From Candidatus Methylomirabilota bacterium (GTDB lineage: Bacteria; Methylomirabilota; Methylomirabilia; Rokubacteriales; CSP1-6), in NCBI GenBank assembly GCA_036265915.1, contig DATAOC010000040.1:10571-74570 (forward strand): DNA of 64,000 nt, given 5' to 3'. Shown piece after piece: positions 45,967 through 54,374 of the stretch. The notes beneath the pieces are model-generated. The model searched no databases and was not told the origin of the DNA. It saw only the letters and a program-made list of their open reading frames with translations. How positions within the stretch are numbered: the first letter of the stretch is position 1; every line of letters begins with the position of its first letter. Both the position numbers and the translations under genes were made by a program.

Positions 45967-47095
45967 GCCGGCGCTCGGCCTGGCTCTCGCAATCGCCGCG
46001 CTCGGGGCGGCGCTGCTCGCGTGGTGGCCGTCATCCGGACGCCCGCCCATCCGCGCGACGGTGGCCGTGCAGGAGGCGCTGGCCGACGACCGCGCCGGCT
46101 TCGCGCGCGCGCTCGCGCCACGGCCGATGTCGTTCCCCGCCGACCACGGACCACACCCGGATTTCCGGACCGAGTGGTGGTATTACACCGGCAATCTGCG
46201 GACCGGTGCCGGGCGTCACTTCGGGTTCCAGCTGACGTTCTTTCGCGTGGCCTTGTCGCCGGAGGAAGAGGCGCGTGGCTCGGAGTGGGCGAGCCGTCAG
46301 CTGTACTTCGCCCACTTCGCGCTGACCGACACCGCCGGCCAGCGTTTCCACGCCTTCCGCCGCATGAGCCGCGAGGCGCTCGGCCTGGCCGGCGCCTCCG
46401 CGACGCCGTTCCGCGTGTGGGTCGAGGACTGGTCGGCGGACGGCGACGGGCGCTCGGCGCGGCTGCGCGCGAGCGACGGTGACGTCGCGATCGACCTCGA
46501 GGTCGCCGCCGCCAAGCCCGTCGTCCTGCAGGGCGACCATGGCCTCAGCGCGAAGGGGCCGGGCGCCGGCAACGCGTCCTTCTATTATTCATTCACGCGG
46601 ATGCCGACGCGTGGCGTCGTCCGCCTCGGCGGCGAGATGCTCGACGTCACCGGCGAGGCATGGATGGACCGGGAGTGGAGCACGAGCGGCCTCGGCCCCG
46701 GCGTCAAGGGGTGGGACTGGTTCGCGCTACAGCTCGACGACGGACGCGAGCTGATGTTCTACCTGCTGCGGCACGCCGACGGCTCGGCGGATCCGCTCAG
46801 CGCGGGAACGCTGGTCACCGCGGATGGCACCGTGCAGCGCCTGCAAGCACGCGACGTACGGATCGAGCCGCGCGCGGAATGGACGAGTCCGCGCACGCGC
46901 GTGCGCTATCCGGCGCGCTGGGTCGTCAGCGTGCCCTCCGCCGACGTGCGGGTCGACGTGCAGCCGCGGCTGGCCGATCAGGAGCTCGTCGTCGGCACGC
47001 GGTACTGGGAGGGCGCGGTGGCCGTGGTCGGCACCGCCGCCGGCGCGCCGCTCACGGGCCACGGCTACGTGGAGCTCGTCGGCTACGGTGAGTGA
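45959..47095 (+). CDS. AttH-like lipocalin / CrtC (hydroxyneurosporene-synthase-like) domain protein
   Basis: Signal/anchor MSKPALGLALAIAALGAALLAWW. ...TEWWYYTGNL...FGFQLTFFR.... 8-nt overlap with the permease. Confidence 0.65.
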   Translation: MSKPALGLALAIAALGAALLAWWPSSGRPPIRATVAVQEALADDRAGFARALAPRPMSFPADHGPHPDFRTEWWYYTGNLRTGAGRHFGFQLTFFRVALSPEEEARGSEWASRQLYFAHFALTDTAGQRFHAFRRMSREALGLAGASATPFRVWVEDWSADGDGRSARLRASDGDVAIDLEVAAAKPVVLQGDHGLSAKGPGAGNASFYYSFTRMPTRGVVRLGGEMLDVTGEAWMDREWSTSGLGPGVKGWDWFALQLDDGRELMFYLLRHADGSADPLSAGTLVTADGTVQRLQARDVRIEPRAEWTSPRTRVRYPARWVVSVPSADVRVDVQPRLADQELVVGTRYWEGAVAVVGTAAGAPLTGHGYVELVGYGE

Positions 47096-47588
47096 GCGAA
47101 CGTTCCGCCGCGTGGTGGTGACGGGGCGGCTGGACGATGCGGCGGCATCGCGCGCGGCGGCCGAGATCTTGACCCTCGACGCCGCCGGTGATGCGCCCAT
47201 CGAGCTGGTCGTCGACAGCGGCGATGGCACGCTGGAAGCGGCCTTCACGCTCATCGACGCGATGGAGGCGGCGCGCGCGCCGATTCGCGCGCTGTGCCGG
47301 GGGCAGGTGGGCGGCCCGGCCATCGCCGTCGTCGCCGCCGCGCAGCATCGGAGGGCGCTGCCGCATACCCGGTTCAGGCTCTCGGCGCCGGTCGTGCGCC
47401 TGTCGGGCACGCCCGCGCACCTCGTGGCGGAAAGCCAGGCACAGCGGGCGCTGCTGTGGCGGCTGCAAGGACGCCTGGCGCGCGTGACCGGCCGCGCCCC
47501 CGAGGACATCGCCGACGACATGCGTCGCGGCCGCTACCTCGACGCGCGCGAGGCGCTCGACTACCGGCTCATCGACGCGGTCGGTTGA
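47088..47588 (+). CDS. ClpP/crotonase-fold protein resembling ClpP but with a degenerate catalytic triad
   Basis: Aligns by eye to ClpP (…IELVVDSGDGTLEAAFTLIDAM…YRLIDAV), but the Ser and His positions read GQVGGPA and RLSAP. GTG start candidates at 47088 or 47112. 5' end uncertain. Confidence 0.45.
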   Translation: MSERTFRRVVVTGRLDDAAASRAAAEILTLDAAGDAPIELVVDSGDGTLEAAFTLIDAMEAARAPIRALCRGQVGGPAIAVVAAAQHRRALPHTRFRLSAPVVRLSGTPAHLVAESQAQRALLWRLQGRLARVTGRAPEDIADDMRRGRYLDAREALDYRLIDAVG

Positions 47589-47622
47589 CCGCGCGCGGCG
47601 GCGTGTCTACCGTGAAGTCGTC

Positions 47623-48201
47623 ATGCCCCGCGCAGGCTCCCCGAAACTCAGCAGCTGGCGGCGCCAGGCCGTCCGTCACATCGTCGCAGTGCGTCGGGCA
47701 ACGCTCGCGTTCATCGCGCACGTGCCCGAGGCGGAGATTCGCCGACCGCGCACACAAGACCGGTGGTCGGTGAAGGACGTGCTCGCGCATCTGCTGGCCT
47801 GCGACGAGGAGACCGTTCGCCGGTTTCGTCTCATCGCGCGCGGCCAGGCGCGCCGCATCCACTGGTTCGAGAGCATGGCGGATGCGGATCGATTCAACGC
47901 GCGCTCGGTGGCCCGGCTGCGTCGTCTCGACCTGCGGGCGCTCCGTCGGCGGATGAGCCGCGCCCACGTCCAGCTCCTCGACCAGCTGCAGCGCCTGCCG
48001 GTCGAGGCGCTCGACGATCCTTCCCACGCCTACCCCGTGGTCGAATGGCTTCCCGAGCCTGGCTGGAAGCACGAGGCCGATCACATCGGCGACGTGCGGA
48101 GGTGGTGGCGGACGCACCGGCGGTCAGCCTCTGGTCATTCCGCCTCGACGAGGCTGGTCAGAAACGTGCCGGGCCGGCCGAAGCGTCGCCGGAAAGCGTG
48201 A
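47623..48201 (+). CDS. DinB/YfiT-like (DinB_2) four-helix-bundle metal-binding protein
   Basis: ...WSVKDVLAHL... and ...EADHIGD... His motifs. C-terminal basic tail. Confidence 0.55.
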   Translation: MPRAGSPKLSSWRRQAVRHIVAVRRATLAFIAHVPEAEIRRPRTQDRWSVKDVLAHLLACDEETVRRFRLIARGQARRIHWFESMADADRFNARSVARLRRLDLRALRRRMSRAHVQLLDQLQRLPVEALDDPSHAYPVVEWLPEPGWKHEADHIGDVRRWWRTHRRSASGHSASTRLVRNVPGRPKRRRKA

Positions 48202-48271
48202 CATGGCGCGTAGTTAGCTGACGACGAGCCGGGCACGCGGCTTGCCTCTGTCCAGGGCTCGGGAGGCCGCA

Positions 48272-48694
48272 ATGGCGATGACCGAGCAAGGCTCCATCCT
48301 CGTGGTCGACGACGAGCCGCACGTGAGCGAGCTGCTGCAGGAGTTCTTCGTGGAGCTCGGCTACTCGGTCGACGTGGCGAGCACCGGCGACGAGGCCTTC
48401 CGGCGCGCCGAATCCCGGCGGCCCGACGCGGTGATCCTCGACATGCGCCTGCCGGACACGACCGGCGATCAGCTGCTCCGCCGCCTCCGCACCCTCGACG
48501 ATTCGCTGCCGATCGTGATGCTGAGCGGCGATGCCGACGACGAGGTGGCGCGCCGGACACTGGCCGCCGGCGCCACGCAGTATCTCTGCAAGCCATTCGA
48601 CTTCGACGTGCTGCAGCGCACGATCAGCGGCGCCGTGGACGCCGTGCGCGAGCACCACCCGGCCGCCACCGGCTGCACGAGTGTCGCGCGGTGA
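48272..48694 (+). CDS. Single-domain response regulator (CheY-like receiver)
   Basis: SD GGGAGG. ILVVDDE, DAVILDMRLPD (acceptor Asp present), and the conserved Lys in CKPFD. Confidence 0.85.
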   Translation: MAMTEQGSILVVDDEPHVSELLQEFFVELGYSVDVASTGDEAFRRAESRRPDAVILDMRLPDTTGDQLLRRLRTLDDSLPIVMLSGDADDEVARRTLAAGATQYLCKPFDFDVLQRTISGAVDAVREHHPAATGCTSVAR

Positions 48695-48861
48695 TGGCGG
48701 AGGCCGGCGCGTCGAGCCGGTGCTGCGCGGTCTGCGGCCGGGCGCTGGAGGGCAGCGAGGCGCTGATCGGCATCCCGGATCTCATGATCGAAATGCACGA
48801 AACCTGCTACCGACGCTCGCAAGAGACGAAAAAGCCGACACCACCCAAAGTGCCCGAATAA
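48694..48861 (+). CDS. Micro-ORF (55 aa), Cys-rich zinc-ribbon-like, translationally coupled to the response regulator
   Basis: TGATG overlap. MAEAGASSRCCAVCGRALEGS...MIEMHETCYRRSQETKKPTPPKVPE. The 3' half is noticeably AT-richer than its surroundings. Below the ORF-track cut-off. Confidence 0.3.
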   Translation: MAEAGASSRCCAVCGRALEGSEALIGIPDLMIEMHETCYRRSQETKKPTPPKVPE

Positions 48862-48958
48862 TTGCCGAAGTCCCCCACGCCCTCTTCTATAGTCGAGCCA
48901 TGAGTCTCGGGAGCGCCCGGTAGCCCTCGACCTTCCGGAGGGTCCGCTTCGGCGCCGC

Positions 48959-51529
48959 TTGCGCCGCCGGCTCTGGTGCCTGGCCTTCGCGGTGTCCATC
49001 GTGATGGGCGTCGGGCCGCCCGCGACGTACTACGTGCTGGCGTCGCGCCGCTTGCACGATGCCGCGCAGGGACACGCCCGCGAGGTGGCCGCCCAGGTCG
49101 CGGCCGGACGCACGCCGGATCTCGCCGAGATGCTCGCGCGTGAGCCGGAGATCCTCGGCCTTCGCCTCCTCGACGCGCAGGGCACCTCGCTCGCCGTTGC
49201 CGCCGGTCCCGGCCGCGCACGCTGGTGGAACAGCCGCGCGCCGCGAGGGACGGCCCCGGTCGCGTCGGCCTCCGTCGGCGCCCGTGCGGTCGAGGCGGCC
49301 ATGCGCCGCGACGTGGTGCTGAAGACGACGCTGGGCTTCCTCATCCTCTCGTCGGTGACGGGCAGCGCGCTGGCGATCCTGCTCTACGTGCTGCCGCTCG
49401 CCGTGGTCGCACAGATGGAAGCGCGCAACCGGCGGCTGGTGGCCGAGCGCGAGGCGCTGGCCACCATCGAGCGCGAGCTCACGGCCGAGCTCGAGCGCGA
49501 CCGGCTGTTGCGGCTCATCGTCGATCACGCCAGCGCGCTGTTCAATGGCAACGGCGCCATCTACCTGCTCGACGAGCACGACAAGCTCGTGCCGAGCGCG
49601 TGGACCGACGGCGGGGCCTTCAGCGACGTGCACATCCCGCTGGGCCAGGGCTTCGTCGGCAGCTCGGCCAAGGCCCGGCAGCCACTGCTGGTCGACGACT
49701 ATCCGACCTCACCGTACGCGCTGCCCGAGTTCGTGGCCATCGGCCTGCGGTCGGCCATCACCCAGCCGCTCGTGATCCGCGACGAGCTGCTCGGCGTGAT
49801 CGCCATGAACCGTCTCGGCCGCGATGCGCCGGCGTTCTCCAGCGACGACGTGGAGCGGCTGAAGAGCTTCGCCGCGCAGGCGGCGATCGCCTTGCAGAAC
49901 GCGCGGCTGTTCGCCGACAACCGACGGCAGGTCGAGAGCCTGTCGGTCCTGCACGAGCTGTCGCGTGCGGTGACCGGCGAGCTCGAGCGCACGGCGCTGG
50001 TGGAAGCCATCGGGCGGGAGCTCGTGCGCGTGCACGGCGTGCGCGAGATCTTCGTCGTGCTGATGCCGGCGGGCGCCGAGGCTCCCGTCATCGCGCTGCA
50101 CGCGCCGACCGGACGGGAGTCGATCGATCCCGACAAGGTGCACAAGCTGGCGCTCATGGTGCTGCAGGCGGGCCGAGCGGTGCGCATCGACCCCGCGCTG
50201 GTCGGCGGCGACGTCGAGCAGGCGGCAGCGGCGCGCAGCTGGCTCGGCGTGCCGATGATCAGCGGCAATGCCGACCACGGCGCGCTGCTCGTCGCCGGCG
50301 ATAGCGTGTTTCACGACGCCGACGAGCGCTTGCTCACCGACATCGGCCAGCTGGGCGGCCTGGCTCTGCGCAGCGCGCGGCTCTTCGAGGAGCGCGGCCA
50401 GGCCTACGCCGAGCTCGCGGCCGCCCAGGACTCCCTGCTGCGGGCGGAAAAGCTGCGCGCGCTCGGCGAGATGGCGTCCGGGGTCGCGCACGACTTCAAC
50501 AACCTCCTCGCCGCCATCTGCGGACGCACGCAGCTCCTGCTGGGCCGCATCGACGACCCCGCGCACACGAAGTCGCTGCAGGCCATCAAGCGCGCGGCCG
50601 ACGACGGCGTGCACACGGTGCGCCGCCTCCAGGAGTTCACGCGCATCCGGCGCGACCAGCCGTTTGCCGCCGTCGATCTCAACGAGGTCGTTCGGGGCGC
50701 GCTGGAGGTGACGGAGACGCGGCGCGAGGAGGCGCACAGCCGCGGCATCACGCTGACGGTGGAGACCGCGCTCGCCCCGCTGCCACCTATCAGCGGCGAC
50801 GCCGCCGAGCTCCGCGAGGTGGTGACCAACCTCATCCTCAACGCGATCGACGCCATGCCCGAGGGCGGGCGCCTCCGGCTGGCCTCCTCGGTGGACGAGG
50901 CGGAGGTGGAGCTGCGCATCGAGGACACGGGAATGGGCATGACGGACGAAGTGCGCCGGCGGCTGTTCGACCCGTTCTTCACGACGAAGGGAAGCAAGGG
51001 CACCGGTCTCGGCCTGTCGATCACGTATGGCATCGTGTCGCGCCACGGCGGGCGTGTCCACGTTGAGAGCGAGCCGGGCGCAGGCTCGACGTTCCGGCTG
51101 CGCTTTCCCCGCCGCGCCGATGCGACCGACGCCGACGTGCCCGCGCGGGAGACGGCCGCCGCCGACGTGCGGCCGCTCCGCTGCCTCGTGGTCGACGACG
51201 ACGAGGAGGTGGCCAGCGCGCTCGCCGACCTGCTCACCGACAGCGGCCACGAGGTGGTGGTGGCCACGAAGAGCACCGAGGCACTCACCGTCATCGCACG
51301 GCAGCCGCTCGACATCGTGTTCAGCGACCTCGCCATGCCCGACATGTCGGGCTGGCAGCTGGCGCGGGCGGTGAAGACGGCGGCCCCTCAGCTGCCCGTC
51401 GTGTTGATCACCGGCTTCGGCGTGGAGCTCACCGCGGAAGAATGCCGCGCCAGCCACGTCGATGCGGTGCTCGCCAAGCCCGTCGAGCTCGTGGATCTCC
51501 TGACGGTGGCCGCGCGCCTTACCCGGTGA
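48959..51529 (+). CDS. Hybrid sensor histidine kinase (TM + 2x GAF + HisKA + HATPase_c + receiver)
   Basis: H-box ...MASGVAHDFNNLL.... G-boxes ...DTGMGM...GSKGTGLGLSI.... C-terminal ...VVDDDEEV...DIVFSDLAMPDMSG.... TTG/ATG start uncertain (48959 or 49004). Confidence 0.85.
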   Translation: MRRRLWCLAFAVSIVMGVGPPATYYVLASRRLHDAAQGHAREVAAQVAAGRTPDLAEMLAREPEILGLRLLDAQGTSLAVAAGPGRARWWNSRAPRGTAPVASASVGARAVEAAMRRDVVLKTTLGFLILSSVTGSALAILLYVLPLAVVAQMEARNRRLVAEREALATIERELTAELERDRLLRLIVDHASALFNGNGAIYLLDEHDKLVPSAWTDGGAFSDVHIPLGQGFVGSSAKARQPLLVDDYPTSPYALPEFVAIGLRSAITQPLVIRDELLGVIAMNRLGRDAPAFSSDDVERLKSFAAQAAIALQNARLFADNRRQVESLSVLHELSRAVTGELERTALVEAIGRELVRVHGVREIFVVLMPAGAEAPVIALHAPTGRESIDPDKVHKLALMVLQAGRAVRIDPALVGGDVEQAAAARSWLGVPMISGNADHGALLVAGDSVFHDADERLLTDIGQLGGLALRSARLFEERGQAYAELAAAQDSLLRAEKLRALGEMASGVAHDFNNLLAAICGRTQLLLGRIDDPAHTKSLQAIKRAADDGVHTVRRLQEFTRIRRDQPFAAVDLNEVVRGALEVTETRREEAHSRGITLTVETALAPLPPISGDAAELREVVTNLILNAIDAMPEGGRLRLASSVDEAEVELRIEDTGMGMTDEVRRRLFDPFFTTKGSKGTGLGLSITYGIVSRHGGRVHVESEPGAGSTFRLRFPRRADATDADVPARETAAADVRPLRCLVVDDDEEVASALADLLTDSGHEVVVATKSTEALTVIARQPLDIVFSDLAMPDMSGWQLARAVKTAAPQLPVVLITGFGVELTAEECRASHVDAVLAKPVELVDLLTVAARLTR

Positions 51530-52049
51530 GCGCCGCGCGGCCGTCGCGCGGCAGCGGTGGTCGAACCTCGTTGCCCGAGAAGAGCACCGTCACCACGATC
51601 TCCAGCGGAAAGTCGCCGAACAGCCCGTGACAGCCGATGGCCGTGCGCGTGGGCAGCCCGCGCTCGCCGTAGAGCTCCACGAAGAGATCCACGGCGCCGT
51701 TGATCACGCGCGGCTGCTCCTTGAAGCCCGGGTCCGAGTTCACGAACCCGAGGAGCTGGATGATCCGCTCGACGCGATCGAGATCGCCGAGCGCGTATTT
51801 CATGGCGCCCAGGCTCATGAGCGCGGCATAGCGCGCGGCCTCGTAGCCCTCGGCCAGCGTCAGGTCCTTGCCGAGGAACCCTTGCTTGAATGGCTTGCCG
51901 TCCTTGAGCGGCACGGTGCCCGACAGGTAGAGGACGTTCTGCACGGCCACGTGGGAGACGAACTTGGCGCCGGAGGGGTTGGTCGTATAGAACTGCGCGA
52001 GGTCGGGCACCACGAGCCCGAGGCGGTCCAGCGCTTTCTCGATGAGCAT
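51519..52049 (-). CDS. RidA-family protein
   Basis: 176 aa. ...RTAIGCHGLFGD... C-terminal RidA-like motif. Confidence 0.65.
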   Translation of the reverse strand: MLIEKALDRLGLVVPDLAQFYTTNPSGAKFVSHVAVQNVLYLSGTVPLKDGKPFKQGFLGKDLTLAEGYEAARYAALMSLGAMKYALGDLDRVERIIQLLGFVNSDPGFKEQPRVINGAVDLFVELYGERGLPTRTAIGCHGLFGDFPLEIVVTVLFSGNEVRPPLPRDGRAALTG

Positions 52050-52067
52050 GGTCGGGGGGTCGCCTCC

Positions 52068-52988
52068 TCACGCGCCGCGAGGCGCGAGCGCTTCCATCTG
52101 GCGGAAAACGTCGGTGACCGAGCACTGCGACAGCTGGAACGTCGGGTCGAGGAACACCTCGGTGGCGCCGGCGTCCTCGTAGCGCTTCACGTCGTCGCGA
52201 ATGTCCTCGAGCGAGCCGCAGAAGACCGCGCGGTGCTTGCTCTGTGCCGCGGAGGTGACCTTGAACGAGCCGCGCGAGGCGACCATGACGCGGGCCGGAT
52301 CGCGCCCGGCGCCGGCGGCGTGCTCGCGCACGCGGCGCACGATGTGGGCGAGCTTCTCCGGCGCCATGTTGCCGCCCGTATAGCCGTCGCCGAAGCGCCC
52401 GGCGCGACGGAACGACGGCTCGCTGTAGCCGCCGATGAGCAGCGGCGGCCGTGGCTTCTGCAGCGGCTTGGGCTCCACGCGCGAGGACGGAACGAAGTAG
52501 AACACGCCCTTGAACGTCACCTCGGGTTGCGTCCAGATCGCGTCGAGACACTGGATGAACTCGTCGGCGCGCTCGCCGCGCTGCGCGAATGGCGTGCCGG
52601 CGGCGTCGTATTCGTCGCGCGACCAGCCGATGCCGAGCCCGACCGTGAGCCGCCCGCCCGACATGATGTCGAGCGTGGCCAGCTGCTTGCCGAGCACGAT
52701 CGGCGAGTAGAAGGGCGCCACCAGGACGCTGGTGCCGAGCCGCACGCGCCGGGTCTGCGCGGCCAGGAAGGCGAGGGTGACGATGGGGTCGAAGGTGGAG
52801 CGGAAGGGCTCCGGCCACGCCTCGTTGACGGCGCCGTAGTAGGTGTTGAGCGGAGAGACGGGACACAGCAGCCTCTGAAAGACCCACAGCGAGTGATAGC
52901 CGAGCGCTTCGGCGTGCCGTGCCAGCGCGCTGACGTTGTCAGCGGTGGCCGCCGCTCCGCCGATCGGAAGACCAAAGCCCAGCTTCAT
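52068..52988 (-). CDS. LLM-class F420-dependent oxidoreductase
   Basis: MKLGFGLPIGG..., ...GYHSLWVFQ..., ...VGLGIGW... Confidence 0.8.
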   Translation of the reverse strand: MKLGFGLPIGGAAATADNVSALARHAEALGYHSLWVFQRLLCPVSPLNTYYGAVNEAWPEPFRSTFDPIVTLAFLAAQTRRVRLGTSVLVAPFYSPIVLGKQLATLDIMSGGRLTVGLGIGWSRDEYDAAGTPFAQRGERADEFIQCLDAIWTQPEVTFKGVFYFVPSSRVEPKPLQKPRPPLLIGGYSEPSFRRAGRFGDGYTGGNMAPEKLAHIVRRVREHAAGAGRDPARVMVASRGSFKVTSAAQSKHRAVFCGSLEDIRDDVKRYEDAGATEVFLDPTFQLSQCSVTDVFRQMEALAPRGA

Positions 52989-53130
52989 GGCACCGCCTGC
53001 TAAAGGCTGTGAGCTTTAAAGTTCGGTTTTCGGCGCCGTTCCGCCCGGCGCGCCCGATGGTAGGTGAAGAACCAAAGTTCAGTCAATTTTTTTCTCCATT
53101 CCGACGCAAAAGCGATTTAGAGTCGGGCTC

Positions 53131-54366
53131 TTGATGACCCTGCGGTCTCACGCGAGCCAGTCCCTCATCGCGACCTTCGTCACCCTCGCCTTCGCCTACG
53201 GCGTCTGGTACGCGTACTCGGTGTTTCTGGTGGCGCTGGCGGAGGAGTTTCACTGGAGCCGCTCGCTGCTGGCCGGCGCCTTCGCGCTCTTCGCGCTCGT
53301 GCACGGACTCTCGAGCCCGCCCCTCGGCTGGCTCGCCGATCGGCTCGGCCCGCGACGCGTCTTCGTGGCGGGCGGCACCGTGCTCGCGGTCGCCCTCGTC
53401 GTCGACGGCGCTGTGACCCGGCCCTTGCATCTCTATCTCGGCTTCGGCGTGCTGACCTCGCTCGGGGTGACGGCGACGGCGCTGGTGCCGTCGGTGGTCC
53501 TCATCCGGGGCTGGTTCCCGCGGCGGTTCGGGACCGCGCTCGGCATCGCCTCGGCCGGCATCGGCGTCGGCATCTTCGCGGTGGTGCCGCTGTGCCAGGC
53601 GATGATCGACGCCGTCGGCTGGCGCTGGGCGTTCCGGGTGCTGGCCGCGCTCATCGCCGCCTGGATGATCCCGGCGGCGCTGGCGCTCGTGCGGGATCCG
53701 CCGGCGTGCACGCCCCGTCCGCTGCGCGAGCCGGAGGAGCCGACCCTCGCCACCGCGCTCGCGCAGGGCTCATTCTGGCTGCTGGCGACGGCACAGTTCT
53801 GCGGCAACTTCGTGTGCCAGATGCTGCTCGTGCACCAGGTCGCGTTTCTCGTCGACAACGGCATTCCGGCCATGGCCGCCGCCAGTGTCGCCGGTCTGGT
53901 GGGCCTGGCCAGCGTCTTCGCGAAGGTCGGCAGCGGCTGGGCCGCCGACGTCCTCGGGCGCCGCCAGACGTTCACGACGGGGATGGTCGTCGTGCTCGCG
54001 AGCGTCGGCCTGCTCGGCCTGGTCGCGCTGAGTCCGCAGCTGACCACCGTCTATGTGTACGGCGTGCTCATGGGGATCGGCTACGCCGCCACCGTGCCCA
54101 TCATGCCGACCGTGATCAGCGACGTCTTCCGCGGCGTGCGCTTCGGCTCGATCTTCGGCTCGCTGCACCTCGCCAACGCGATCGGCGGCGCCGCCGGCGC
54201 CTGGTTGGCGGGCACCGTGTTCGACGCCACCGGCGGCTACACGCTGTCGTTCGCGGCGGCCGCCATCGCGGCCGTGCTGGCGATCGCCGGCGTCTGGCTC
54301 GCGCAGCCGATGCGCGCGCCGGCCCGCGAGCCGCTCCGCACGCCGGTCGATCAGTCGGCGCACTGA
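53131..54366 (+). CDS. MFS transporter
   Basis: 12-TM organisation with an MFS loop motif (...GWLADRLGPRRV...). Confidence 0.85.
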   Translation: MMTLRSHASQSLIATFVTLAFAYGVWYAYSVFLVALAEEFHWSRSLLAGAFALFALVHGLSSPPLGWLADRLGPRRVFVAGGTVLAVALVVDGAVTRPLHLYLGFGVLTSLGVTATALVPSVVLIRGWFPRRFGTALGIASAGIGVGIFAVVPLCQAMIDAVGWRWAFRVLAALIAAWMIPAALALVRDPPACTPRPLREPEEPTLATALAQGSFWLLATAQFCGNFVCQMLLVHQVAFLVDNGIPAMAAASVAGLVGLASVFAKVGSGWAADVLGRRQTFTTGMVVVLASVGLLGLVALSPQLTTVYVYGVLMGIGYAATVPIMPTVISDVFRGVRFGSIFGSLHLANAIGGAAGAWLAGTVFDATGGYTLSFAAAAIAAVLAIAGVWLAQPMRAPAREPLRTPVDQSAH

Positions 54367-54374
54367 GCGCGGCG

